A stretch of 64,000 bases of DNA from Kondoa subrosea. Lineage: Eukaryota. The stretch is from assembly GCA_039545335.1 (NCBI GenBank), contig BCIN01000003.1, positions 1,685,941-1,749,940 on the forward strand. The letters are read 5' to 3'. The notes under the pieces are model-generated. The model searched no databases and was not told the DNA's origin. It saw only the letters and a list, made by a program, of their open reading frames with translations. Every line of letters starts with the position of its first letter. Positions within the stretch are counted from its first letter, which is position 1. Of the stretch, positions 38,985-53,604 are shown piece after piece. A program made the position numbers and the translations under genes.

Positions 38985-39440
38985 ATGCATCATGCGGTGA
39001 GACTATTAGCCAAGCATGTGGCTACCAAGAATCGCTTCGATCAATTCTCCCTGTCTTATGTCTGTCTTGATCTTGCTCGACATTGTGCTTCTTTTGACTC
39101 AAGAAATCTTTGGAATTGCTCAGTTTCTGCAAAAAGCCAAAGTCATTGCTCTCTATCGATCTTTACTTCGCTCTACTAGAGGATTCGGGGATAATCAAAC
39201 GCGATGGGATACAATTCAATGGCTCCGTCATGACTTCGAATCGAATCGTAACGCTGACTCTGTAGGTACTTAGTATCCTGATCTATCGCTCGTCTTACTA
39301 ATCCCAATATAAAGGATAAAGTCAAAAACCTGCTTTCACAAGGATCGAAGCAGTTGAAGCAACTGAATTCCACCAACATGTTAATAGGAACATCAGGAAT
39401 CAAGTTAAGAGGAAGACGGAAGGAAGGAAGTCCGTTCTAG
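38985..39440 (+). CDS. LYR-motif mitochondrial protein (LYRM2-like)
   Basis: FLQKAKVIALYRSLLRSTR...IQWLRHDFESNR...KVKNLLSQG.KQL; basic N-terminus. Confidence 0.8.
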
Positions 39441-39607
39441 ACGACTTTGAGATGTTGTATAAACAGAAGCAGATTGTGCATTAAGCGATATGATGATACT
39501 AAACAAATCTAGTCCGATGATCCGCCATTGATGATGCATGTTGTACACATATGCTTTCTTCATATAATATCATACCCCACCATCGCTCTCATCTATATCA
39601 TAGCTGA

Positions 39608-40710
39608 TCAGAAACTGAACGTCGCATAAGATTGCGTTTTTTTGACACTTCGATTTGCAGGTGTAGGAATCGAGAAGGTCGAAGGCGCAGAGGGATTCAA
39701 TGACGGTGCTTGACCAAGAGCTGGGTACCTCGATAATTGAGATTCAAGCGGAAGTGCAACAGAACCAGTCGCAAATTGCGCTGTAGGATGATCGGATCGG
39801 ATATGTCTACTTAGCCCATCTGATCTTGCATAGGCTTCTGTAATATTAAATGAGATACGGAAGCACTCGAGTGGAAGGGCATCTGACTTGAACAATGTGG
39901 ACATTGGTAGGGCGTCTCTTTGGTATGTGTACGAATATGCCGTCTAGACAGGATCGATCAGTTATATCAACAGACTGTCGGCATCAGAGCTTACTCCAAA
40001 TCGTATTTTCGAGCAAACCGCAATGTACACATCTCGCATGCGAAGGGTCTTTCCTGATCATGAACTGCAAAAATATGAGTACTTTCTGCCTTTGGCGCAC
40101 GTGAACAATACCTTTCTCATGTACTTGCAATGTAGCCCTAGCTCAATAGTCAGCCTCACTGCAAGACATCAGTAGCAAAGACCTACTCCCGCACAAACGT
40201 TTTACTGCAAATCTTGCATGTATATATCCCAGTTGCGCCGTCCGTGTTCGGGTCTTCCATCAAAGCTTGATTGAAGCCTTGCATGGCGAAGTTACTGCCT
40301 CCATAGTAGCTTGGCTGATTCGGCAATATCCCACTATTCATAATCGGACTCGGCGTGCCTAGACTGGAGTTGCTTGCGCTTGTGCTGGATTCACCGCTAC
40401 CATAATTACCAAATGAAGTATATTGGGATGAAGCGGAATAGCCAGCGCTGAAGAGAGGCGATCTAGCTCGAGCTGGGATGGCAGAAGGTGAAGAGGGAAG
40501 AGGAGAAGCTGAACGTGAGGGTGTCGCCATTGATGTTGTTCGTCTTCTACCACTGCCTGATGTGGGAACCGATGTCGGAGAGTTGACAGAATATAGATCC
40601 GGTGAAGTAAAGGAAGTAAGGCCTCGAAGAGTTGCTATTGGACTCTGTTAGCTTGAATGTCACGCGTTAATAAGATACAAGCTGACCATCAGATGCGACG
40701 GGCTGATCAT
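39608..40710 (-). CDS. C2H2 zinc-finger transcription factor (3 fingers) with Ser/Pro-rich N-terminus
   Basis: YTCKICSKTF...H, ERPFACEMCTLRFARKYDL.RHIRTH, TPYQCPHCS.AYARSDGLSRHIRSDH; start inferred via a short first exon. Confidence 0.85.
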
Positions 40711-41303
40711 CTAAAGTGGTTCCGCTTGATTGACGTGCAGGCAGTTGCTGTCCACTTTGTCCAGGAAGTGCAAAGGTATTGGGAGTTGACCGCTCTTTGC
40801 GCCGACTAAACATGCACAGGCAGAGGGGAAATAGAGAAAGAGCGAATCAAAGCAAGAAAGAGATTGCAAGCGCCATGACACATGGCTCCGACACTTCGAT
40901 GAGAGAGATTAATGCGAATTAGATTTCGAATAGACGAGAACACTCGGCAGTTACTAAGTATACAACCAACGACCAATATCGAGCAAATGGAATCGTCTGA
41001 AGAGACACGGTCGTGCAAACAATGCTTTACCAGAGCCAACAGTTCTGATGCCAAAGGGCAGTCGAGACTTATACCGTAGATACTTCTGACAAAGCAGATT
41101 TGGCGAGAGCGGAATGAAAGAAAAGAAGAACGCCAGAGGCACTAGCCAATAAAGCCGTAAATTCAGCCAAAGCATTGATTGCTGACATCGATGGAAGGAC
41201 CACCTGGCCGCCTGAATCCAAGATGCGATAGGAAAGTACATTGAATAGCTGCCAATTAAGATATACCTGTGTTACAGCGCTAGAAAGTGAAAACCCGAAA
41301 CCC

Positions 41304-43138
41304 TTATGCAGAAGTTCCAGCAGATGCGGTCAAACTGTAGTGTCGAGAGAGTCAGTCATCTTCAGCCCGCTTTCGCTTAATTCGATCCTAACCTGTTACG
41401 TCTTTTGCTCTTCTCTGAATAGATCAATTCACTTCAGCGGAAATACTAATGAGGTGGATCTTATGCGGACTTACGAAGTTCCTTCTTCAGGGCTGGTCCA
41501 TCCAGCGGTTTAAGAAGCTCGAAAGCGCATAGTAGATCTTCCGATACCGACATGACCGCTGCAAAACTATAGACAGAGAATGTGTTGGTCGCAATCCACG
41601 CCAATACTAGTAGCACTTACTTGTCGAATTCTGTTGCAGGCGAAAGTCAGCGTAGTTCCTGATCTGATCAAAATTCACTGACCACCACAATAATTCGGCG
41701 CGCTAAAGATAGTCACCAGCGTCCTCTCATTCCAGAACTCATATCCATCTTCCACCACCATATGAGCCCGACAGATCAGGTCGAAATCATATCTTGCCAA
41801 GAAATCCGCAATGACTGCTTTCCCGAAACAATAACTGACTCCTCTTTCGTTATCTTCCCAGTCTACTGCTGTGTCTGATGGATCTGACCAAAGTAGATCG
41901 TTGAGCAGACCGAAATCAGGTACGTCGGTCGGCCTTTGTATACGTCGAATATCGTCCATTGAAGTAAGAGAGGGTGAGAGGCCTCCATGCACACAGAAGA
42001 TTTTGGATGCTACTACTGCTGCAATAGGCAGACAGTTGAAAGCGTCGATGAATGTTTTCCATATCTTGAGATTACACCTTCGTTTGCATTCGTCGTAAAA
42101 GCCGTACACTATCGTTCTATCAGCCAAAGATACTCAAACGACAGGCAGTGACCGACCTCGTGTCACATTTGCACATTCATGATTGCCTCGTAATAGAAAG
42201 AAGTTTTCTGGGTACTTGATCTTGTAACAGAGCAGAAGAAGTATTGTTTCCAGACTTTGTTTCCCTCGATCCACATAGTCGCCTAGGAAGAGATAATTGG
42301 CGCTTGGCGGAAAGCCACACATTTCAAACATCCTGATCAGATCACTATATTGCCCATGCACATCGCCTACAATCTTCACTGGCGGACTGAGTTCGATAAG
42401 AGGGGGCTGAGAAAGGAAGACTTCGCGAGCTGCTTGGCAGATTGCTGTTATTTCGGCATTCTTGAGTATAAGTGATTTGGAGACTTTGCCAGAGTAACCG
42501 ACGTCAAGCAGACGGCTGATCATGTCGTCAATATCAAACGTTTTTGGATCATTCTTGCTACCGGGCGAGAGACCATTGCCATTGGTAGAAGCCGCTAGAG
42601 GGTTAGAAAGAATAGGTGAAGTCATTTGACCATTGGGTGAAGGTTTCTGTTGCGTGATTGCTGGTGCATTTGATGTAGGTGCTGTAGAAGATACGTCGCT
42701 AAGGGACATCTTGCTCGTTGAAGCTGATATTGTGTCTTCAGGTGATTCAGCGTCTCCACCTATACTCCCAGTTTCCAACCTTTCCGTATCATCTCTATCC
42801 TTTTGATGCCTTGCCGCATGACTAGGCGAGCTTCCATACTTTGCGTTATGCTCCAGCAAGGCCGCATCTGCCTCCTCTGTTGTTTCTACCGAAGAAGCAT
42901 TCACGCCGTCCTGACCTGATTTGCCTGGTACTGGTATAGGTACAGGTCCAGAAGAGGAGGGCTGACCATCACTGTTGGGCTTCTGGGCAGGGTTAGGCCG
43001 CGTTGGGGAGTTATATGAGCTGGCAGCGGGGAGCGATGAATTCAAGGTGTTAGGAGAGTTATCGCTGCCGTTCTCGTTTAGTTTAGACTTGGATGACTTG
43101 CGTGAGCTTGAGATGAGCCCTTTATACCAACTCGGCAT
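41304..43138 (-). CDS. PPZ1: Ppz-type Ser/Thr protein phosphatase (PP1-like catalytic domain, long Ser-rich N-terminus)
   Basis: [55 protein letters not shown]; last exons less certain. Confidence 0.9.
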
Positions 43139-43395
43139 CGCTTTCTGAGATTGACTGATCCAAGCCTTTGTTACGGAACAAGCAACTTGAACAAGCTTGA
43201 ATTAAAGTCGAGTCAGCCAAGCAGCGAGTCGGTATGACAAGCCAAAGGTATCCAGTCTCAATAAGTTGTAGGTGAAGGTACAATGGTCACGAAACTACAC
43301 TTCGCGCGTTCTATCTTCGGCTACTCAGTCGGTGGGTTTGAATCGGTCTCTGGCTGCCGAACATGCTAGCATTGTTGGCATAGATCAGTAGTCAG

Positions 43396-46300
43396 CTACT
43401 CGATGGAGAGATGGATCTATAAGCGCAAAGTGAGACAAAAGATTGCGAGACTATACCAAAAGCTTACCTCTCCAGCTTCATCGGCGGGATTGACAATCTT
43501 AACGAGAGACTTGCTTGCCAACACGAGTAGATGATAGAAGGCTTGAGCTAGATGTGCGTGTAAGACTCGCACAATCAGCCGAAACTTCATATTACATACC
43601 TGCTACTTTCGAAGCTGTGACCGAAATTGGTGCGACATCCGAGAAGAGAAGATGTCCCTCAGCATCAGCTTGACGCTTTGCATAAGACAAGAAGTTGATG
43701 CTGGAAAAATGTCGATTTGTGAGATGACAGATTTCTGCAAAGGATCAATTCACCTTTCTTGTTGAAGTTTCGCAGCTTGAGCAGCTTGGCTCAAGTCTGA
43801 CTCTTCAAAAGTAAAGCCTTCTCCAAGTTGACCTTCTTCGAAAGCATCCAAGTTGAAATCAGCATTACCTGCCAGATTGTCTAGACCTGCGATGCTGCCT
43901 TGACGACTTTGGGATCGACCCAATTGAGCAGGTGAGGCAGCAAATTCAGGCAGAACCGATCCTTGACGAGAGCTCTGACGGCGACTGTAAGGACAAAGAG
44001 CTGCCCAATCAGCTTCTGACAGCAAAACAGTCCGTTGCCTTACCGAGCTGCTCCTGCACTGACGGGAGTCTCAGCGCGGAATGAGTTACGACCGGCGCTG
44101 TGATGACTGGTATCGCCTCGACTAGCGCTAGGTGGAGCTGAGTTGTGCAATTTCAGATAGGGAAGATCGGATAGAGGCAATATCAAGGACTGACCTTGAT
44201 CGAAGACGTTCCAAGGCATCTCATCTGGACCAGCAGCTAAAGAGCCAGCTCTTGATCGAGCACGACCTAATTCGACCTCTTGACTTTGACCGAAAGTGGT
44301 CTCTGTCAAAGACAAGATAATAGCATCAGAGCAAGGCTGAATACTCATATCTGACCGCTGACGATTGAAGTCCTGACCATAGTCCCGACCAAAGTCTTGC
44401 ATAAAAGCATCATCTCGAACACCAGTACGACCGAGCTCAGCCTCTTCCTCTGGAGCGGGCGTAACTTCTTTGTCTTTTCGAGCACGCTTGCGTTTGCCTA
44501 CTCTCAGGATGTAAGAGTGTAATCCAGATAAGATTGGATTTTCACTTGCTTTCAGACTCAGCTGCTTCATCTGCTCGTTTGCGATGTTTCGGACCCATAG
44601 TGTTCCAGACTATAGTAATTCAGCTCTGAAAATAGCGAGCGAATGATTAAACTTACGATCAGTCAATACAGGGTCAGTTTCTGTCAATGTCGCTTCAGTG
44701 AAGACAAGATCACAAAAAGATCTGAGCAACCCACGGAACATAGCAGGAACACCAAAGATCATAGCTCTGGCACGTTCAGCTTCTTTCTTCTCGAAAGCTT
44801 TCTCCTCAAGCTCTTCATTCTGTCTTTTGATCATAGCAGAATAAGCAGCTCTAGCACTAGCGAAATCTTGATCTTTCAAACTGGTAGTCTTGTCAAGAAT
44901 AGCATGCTTGGCTTTAGCTTTCTTCTTTTTCTTGAGTTTGTTCTTCGTTGCGGATTCTGGTGTGTTTTCTTTCTCTTGAGTTTCACCTTCTTCTTCTTCT
45001 GCCCGAGGAGTGATCTGACGATTGGGATCAACGTCCATCTGATCAAAGAAATTGGTCTGAGGATCGTTCTGTCAATTGATTCTCGTACCATGAGCCTAAA
45101 GTAATGGTTTGATATCATCACCGACCTGATCTACATCCATTTGACCGATTTGACTGCCTACTGCTGCTTGGGCACCTAATTGGGAAGCGACAGATGCAGC
45201 ACGAGATCTGACTACAGGAGGAGGAAGATCCAGATCCATTCTGTAATTCTCACAATCTCTGAACACGTCCATGTACGAGCGTAGATTGGAGCCTTACCCA
45301 AAATCGAAATCGAATCCGCCTGCATTGGTACTTCCACCTGCAGTACGACTGGCTCGAGTGTGACTTCGATCTTCTGTACCACCACCAATAGCAAGGAAAT
45401 CCAACTCAGGCTCAAGACCTTCAAAGAGTGGCTGCCCATTACATATTAGGTAAGAGTCCCGCCTGTTTGTATTCAGTACATACTTGATCACCAGCATCAG
45501 CCATAAACTCAGCGAAATCTTGTTGAGCGGATAAATCAGCTGGATTGATAAAAGGTTGATCGTAAAGATCTTCATTGAGCAAATTCTCATTCTCATTCAA
45601 AGTGTTGTTTGCTTTCTTGTTAGAAGCAGAAGAAGAAGGAGGATCTTCAGTTGCACGTTTCAATTTCTGCTTCTTCTTTTTACTTGAGGATCCAGGTGGA
45701 ATGTAAGCGTCTTCTTCTAGATCGGGAGCAAAAAGATCTTGTGTAGTGAAACCTACATCTTCTTCCTCCTCTTGGGCCGAAGCACCTGCCGGACGAGCCA
45801 TCTGTTCGTCAAAGAGAAGGAAAGCATAATCGTCCATTCCCTAACCAGAAGTAAGACAAAGAGCAGCTGGAGGAATGAGAGACCTCACGAAATTCATGCC
45901 CATGTCAAGGCCCATTTCGACATCTGGCGCAGCGAAAGTGATAGCATCTTTCCGAGCCGTAGCAGTAGTCACTTTTAAGAAGATAAAGTCAGTGGGAGTC
46001 AGTTACTGTATGGAAATAGCTCACTGTCAAGATTGGTCGCAGCACTGGTAATAGCGGATCAGCTGCGGTGTATCGTTCAGTTGGAGCCAACATACGGCTT
46101 GGACATGTCCACAATCGCCTGTAAGCAACAAGAGATGATCAAGTCAGCTCATGACAATGACCGCAGCTTGTCTTACCTTCTTCAAAGCTTGAGAGACGCG
46201 TTCGACATCACCATGGAAGATCGTCACTTGTTGACCAAACAAACGAGCGGTACCAAGTAGAAGAGAAGCGCTAAGACGCAGAGCAAGCGGTTCAGGAGGA

Positions 46301-46564
46301 TCGATAACTCTGTGAAGTCAATGCACTGATAAGCATACAAGCTTGACACAGATCTGGCCTTCGCTCACGTCTGACAGACTGTAACAGGAGATTAGACGCG
46401 TGGATAGTAAAAGCGAGCACAAGCTGACCTTTCGCAACATCGCTTTTTAGCAAATCCTTCTTTGAGACCTTTTTGAAAGATGCTTTCGCTCCGATAGTAC
46501 TGAGCAACCAAACTAGAGCTAGTCCGCTCTTCTGCTTTGTGAGTAAATCTTGCTGGAAAAACAT
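43396..46564 (-). CDS. REC8: Rad21/Rec8 kleisin, most similar to meiotic Rec8
   Basis: MFFQQDLLTKQKSGLALVWLLSTIGAKASFKK...PPEPLALRLSASLLLG (Rec8-type N-terminal domain); C-terminal winged-helix motif FSDVAP...AQAFYHLLVLASK. Confidence 0.82.
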
Positions 46565-47000
46565 GACTTGCGCAGAATGGCGAATGAAGGCAGAGAGCAA
46601 GGAAGGATGAGGCAAGCGACATCGAAGAAGGTAGGCTCGAGAACTCCGATGTGTTGATGGTCTCTTGAGTCTTCCTTGTACGCGAGAAATAAAGTCATTT
46701 CGCGTAACATTGTGACCAAGCTGCTTTCATCTGCTGTTCCTTTGATAGGTAGCTGAAGGACTAGTAAGCATAATGTCCATGATGCAGAGCCAGAGGGGAG
46801 GAGAGTGAGCTGATAAAGCGATTTTCAAGCAATGCATGATCCCAAAGCGGGCAGCCGCTGCTGATTGTTGCATAGTCTAACTTTGATGCCAGCATCCGAG
46901 CTACTCCGACTGAGTTGCTGGTGTTTGTGCATCGTTGAAACGGAACAAGAGCGCCTTGTCACCAAATTTCGAAAATAACAAGAGTCATTCGAACGGCCAA

Positions 47001-49032
47001 ATGACTTGGTCACCATCTTCCTGGAGGACCAAGAAAGTGTCCCAAGATGTAATCTATCCACAATCGACAGCTTCTTCCCTGCCAGGCGTCACAGCTCAAC
47101 TAAAATCTTTACCTCCCCTTGTCGTTTCTGAAGAAGTCGAGAGACTGCGTTCCCAGCTCGCTGATGTAGCTAATGGCAAAGCTTTTCTTTTGCAAGGTGG
47201 AGACTGCGCAGAATTGTTCCAGTATTGTCAGAAGGAACCCATTGAGAGCAAAGTCAGGTTACTGCTGCTTATGTCGCTGATCATGCAAGTATTCCTTTGT
47301 GCCTTTGCTGCATTCACAGCTGAAGGCAAACTATTTGCAGTATCTGGGGAGCTCGTATGCCTGTAGTCCGTATAATTCGTGGAGCAGGTCAATATGCCAA
47401 AGTGAGTCATATCGCTTTGGCATGCCCGTAAAGCTTGCTAATATAATTGCTATAGCCGAGAAGTAAACCTACAGAAATAGTCAACGGTCAAGAAGTACTC
47501 AGCTACAGGTGAGAAACCTGTTTTGGATTACTTCGTCTCGCTGACATTATTCGAAGAGGGGACAATGTGAACGGAATTGATCTGAAAGACCGAACGCCAG
47601 ATCCGCAGCGACTCCTTTCGTATGTTGCAGCCTCCGACTCATGTTATACATCTCATCTTCTGCGCAGAGCTTACTTTCATTCTGGCATAACGCTCAACTA
47701 TATGCGATCTCTTCTAAGTTCAGGCTTTGCAGGTAAATGTTTCTTGAGTTGTACTTCCTATTCTGCTAAAAACAATACCCAGATCTGCATCACCCTCGAA
47801 CTTGGTCTTTCTCTCATGTCCGCTCACCAGACCTTCACACGGCTTTCGAAAGTATAGTCGAACGACTAGAAGATTCATTAGATTTCATGCGTGTTATCGG
47901 AGCGGATCAATCTTCTTCAGCTAGCGCAACTTTAAGCAGCGTAGATCTTTTCACTTCGCACGAAGGCTTGTTGCTCGAATATGAAGAAGCTCTTACTAGA
48001 CCTACGGAGAGTGGAAAAAAAGAAGAATATTTCAATTCTTCAGCTCATTATCTTTGGATCGGTGATCGCACAAGACAGATAGATGGTGCTCATATTGAGT
48101 AAAAATCACATCTTCTTTGCCCTTTTATGCAAAACTGAGGTAATTGATTCAGATATTTCCGTGGGATCAGGAATCCGATAGGGATTAAATGTGGTCCAAC
48201 ATTAGAAACGGAAGAACTGCTTCGGTTGCTAGAAATACTAGATCCAGATAAAGAACCAGGTCGACTGAGTTTGATATGTAGATATGGAGCAGAAAAGGTT
48301 CGTTCGCTTCTGTACACGTCCCTGTGACGTTCGGCAATGAGCGAATGAACAGGTCGAGCAATGTTTACCTAAACATATTGAAGCTGTCAAAGCGACTGGA
48401 CATCCTGTAGTATGGGTCTGGTGAGTCGCGTACAATGTCTGCTCTCTACAGAGCTGAGCCCGTTGGTGTTGTTGGCTCACAGCGATCCCATGCATGGTAA
48501 CACGATAACAAGCGAAGGAGGTTTGAAAACACGACATATACGTACGCAACGATCAATGATATGATGTTCTCAGCTAATGTCATATTGGTAACTACAGCCG
48601 ATATCGTTGTGGAAATTTCTCGCTCGATAGAGATACATCGAAAACTCGGGTCAAGATTAGGCGGTATCCATCTTGAAATGACTGGGGAAACAAACGAAGA
48701 CGGCTTTTCAGTCACTGAATGCCTTGGCGGATCAATGCAATTGCCTGATAAGGATCTCAGTCTCCGTTATCAGGTTCGACTTTAGCTAAGTCGATTCATG
48801 TGCAAGCTGATGGCTTCCTGCCAGACTTTCTGCGATCCGCGACTGAATATGGAACAATCGCTGGATATCGGTCAGTGGCCAATCTGCAAACTTCAGCGCA
48901 TGCTGATATTGTAGTTTTGTCCAACTGACAGCTTTCTTGATTTCAAACTATTATCAAAACGAACGGAAAGGCCGTTCAGCAACTCAAAACATCTTAGACG
49001 GCCTTCGATCCAGACCAACGTCAAGAGGCTGA
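47001..49032 (+). CDS. Class II DAHP synthase (AroA-II); many introns including one GC-AG
   Basis: [84 protein letters not shown]. Confidence 0.95.
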
Positions 49033-49191
49033 GCATATTCTAGTATGGTAAAGGGGAGTTAATCTGCTATTTGCATTGAAGGGGAGGATACATCTAGTAC
49101 AATAATCTCTCTATTACAATTAAACATGCCGAATGCAAAATAAATCATGAATAAACGAATGGGTGTTACTTCCTTCCTCTCTTTACCGAAT

Positions 49192-50942
<1,751 letters not shown>

Positions 50943-51059
50943 CTGTACAGGGTATAATCCACTTGGCTAGGAAGGTATGGTTGTGCAGAACAAAGAGCGG
51001 AAAAATGTGGCCAAATCCATCAGCGATGATGCGTTTGGACCTCTTCGCTTGGGTCTGCC

Positions 51060-51957
51060 ATGCCCAAACGAGCAATACAAGAGGATGCAGCGCAAGCAAA
51101 CAAAAGACATAAGCCCAGTAGCGCTCAGGATATCACAGATCCAGCTATCCTATCACATGCCTTGAACTTCAAAGATGCTTCAGTGATTTATCTACCCACA
51201 TTCGCTCCAGCTAACAAGTTAAAAGAATGGCACGATGCCCTCTTGAAGCTCGAAACTTGGAATCAACCTACTCTTAAGATGTATGGCCGTGAATTTCTGC
51301 AAAGTCGAAGAATAGCAAGTTATGCCAAAGACGACATGAACTTGAAATACTCTGGTACAAAGATCGAAATGTGTAGAGACTATCCGGTAATACTGGAGGA
51401 GATTCAGGAGTTTGTCGAATCGAAACTAGGTGTAACTTTCAATCAGTAAGTTCTGCTTAATAAGCATTATTCCGCTCTTGTTGACTTTGCTGCTTCATAC
51501 AGTTGCATGCTGAACCACTACAGTGAGTCTTGGGCCATCGAAATTGAAGGTGAGAACTTACAAATAGACAGAGGACGGATCTGTGCATATTGGAAAGGTT
51601 TGTGTTTTCTGAAATACCGATCAAGTGCTCAACAACTTGACAGCACCGCGACAACGCAGAAAACAAAGTCATTGCATCCATTTCACTAGGTGCAGAGCGA
51701 GACTTCATCATGCAACATGACAAGCATGTCAAAGGGCAAGATGTGTTGGCAGATGGAGTGATTATGCGGAAACGATGGGCATTGAAAAACGGAAGCTTGT
51801 TGATTATGCAAGGAGAAACCCAGAAACATTGGAAGCATGAGATCGTGAGTGTTTGGATATATTCCAGATAATCAGGATCTGATGAATCTGATATCAGCCG
51901 AAGCAACTTAAGATTAAGGAATCGAGAATATCACTCACGTTCAGACAATATTACTGA
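51060..51957 (+). CDS. AlkB-family Fe(II)/2-oxoglutarate dioxygenase (ALKBH2/3-like)
   Basis: WNQPTLKMYGR, FN.CMLNHY.DGSVHIGKHRD (HxD), IASISLGAERDF, L.NGSLLIMQGETQKHWKHEIP, RISLTFR. Confidence 0.9.
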
Positions 51958-52162
51958 GAGAGAGATTTGACGGTGTAAACTATGTTCATAAAATTCTGTA
52001 CTTCTTTCATCAGGATTGTATTCCCTTTCCTCCCTCGTGTTGTTCAGTGACCGGTACGCGAATGATTGGACAGAGTGACATCATGCTTCACCCTGGACCC
52101 TCAACCATGATGGCTTGCTCCCGATCGTTTCGTAATTCCATTATCGGTGAGCCATGAAATCT

Positions 52163-53537
52163 TCAAGCAGGAGGAAAAAAGCCAACCCAAAGCACGACTG
52201 AGATGGGACTCCAAATCAGGCAGTAGTTCACCCAATATTGACCCCACTTTGACTGCGTTTTGATGAGATGTGCAGCGTACCAATACGGAACAGGATTAGT
52301 TGCAATGAGTCGTAAACAGATCTGAACATGCGAGGCGAAGAAGAGTATGCAGGTTAATACTGTGCTTAAATGGATGTAGGGTAGAAGACGAGGATTTGAG
52401 AGGAAGTTCTGGCTGGCAGAAGAAGGCGCCGAGATGATTTGATCAAAGATTGGTTGGTTGATGCGAGACTTATAATATTGATAGCTTGCTGAGAATGACA
52501 GCGCCAATGTCGGAGCTGAGAGTAGGAACAGAGGTAATTGTAGCAGTTTCCAATAGCGCAAGAACCCGACGTTCCTGTAGGAAGGTTCAGCTTGAGTGAT
52601 ATCAATAGTTTTGGGGGCCTAACCAGTAATGTTCTTGCACAAAGGTATAAACGGATGGTATCATATTGTCGCACCAAGGTCTGGGCTTATCCGCGAGAAT
52701 GCAGAAGGTATCGAAAGCTTGCAATTGTCCGTAAAGAAAGGGAAAGATGACTATCAGTGTTGCAATTGCTGCTGTAGCTCCTTGGATACCTGAAGGTGTA
52801 TTCATCTGTTCAGGACTTAGCTGACTTTCACTAGCAATAGCAGTAAACACTTACTTGAAGACTCCGCTGGATGTGACGATACAATATAAACCCAGCATTG
52901 AGTATCCCGTTCGCTCGAAATGATGTTGCTCCAGCGAAGAGAACCGCCGCTCGTAGCATCCGATCCTTTTCCAATAGCAGCATGCCAAAGAAAGCAAAAA
53001 GCGCAAAGAAAGGTTCATTGTAAGGTGACACTAGAGTAGCTGGAGAAGGAGTAAGACAGTACAGAACAGCTGCTTGTTTGGCTAGTGACCGATTGGAAAG
53101 GACGCGAAGGGATAGCCTGCCATACAGAAAGGCTTGAGCGAGAGGACACGAAGCAATCAAGCGAAGATCAAGCACCTATGGAAGATCACAACGGTCAAGA
53201 TCGAGCAGAGCAGAGCCAGGATAGAAGTCCATAGGATAGCACGTCCAGAAGAATAAGGCACAAGTCCAGAGCAAGTCCCCAGGAATCGCATCACTTGAGG
53301 TAAGGCTGGCATAAACGCATATTCCTGCTCCAATGTGTAACCATTCCTCGCTATCCTTTCAAAATGCAACGCATCCCATCTCAGCAAGCCTTGAAGCCAG
53401 AGATCATCCTTTGCTAGGACTTGACTTGCTGCATTGTCGAATGCTGGAACATAGTAAGGTAGCACTAGCAAGCTAATCCAAGTCGATGTACGCGTTACTG
53501 CGGCCAGTAGAAGCACTTGTAGCTCATCCGAGAGCAT
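52163..53537 (-). CDS. GPI18: GPI mannosyltransferase II (PIG-V), copy 2; 4 exons
   Basis: Same motifs and intron positions as copy 1; about 23 amino-acid differences over ~405 residues by manual comparison; no stops or frameshifts. Confidence 0.93.
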
Positions 53538-53567
53538 CAGTACATCGTTCGAGAGCAGGCGTTGTTT
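52163..53567 (-). repeat. Right arm of ~1.4 kb inverted repeat (partner 29365-30765)
   Basis: Reverse complement aligns to 29365-30765 including three introns and ~30 nt of leader. Confidence 0.95.
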
Positions 53568-53604
53568 TTTCTACTTTGCAAACAATGTCATAGCAAGATA
53601 CTGA

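Noticed and set aside
40806..41241. Minus-strand 82-95 aa ORFs between the C2H2 factor and PPZ
   Set aside because: No family signature; compatible with PPZ 3' UTR and promoter sequence
47001..49032. Class II (plant/bacterial-type) DAHP synthase as a horizontal transfer
   Set aside because: Class II enzymes are known in filamentous fungi, and this gene is intron-rich like its neighbours
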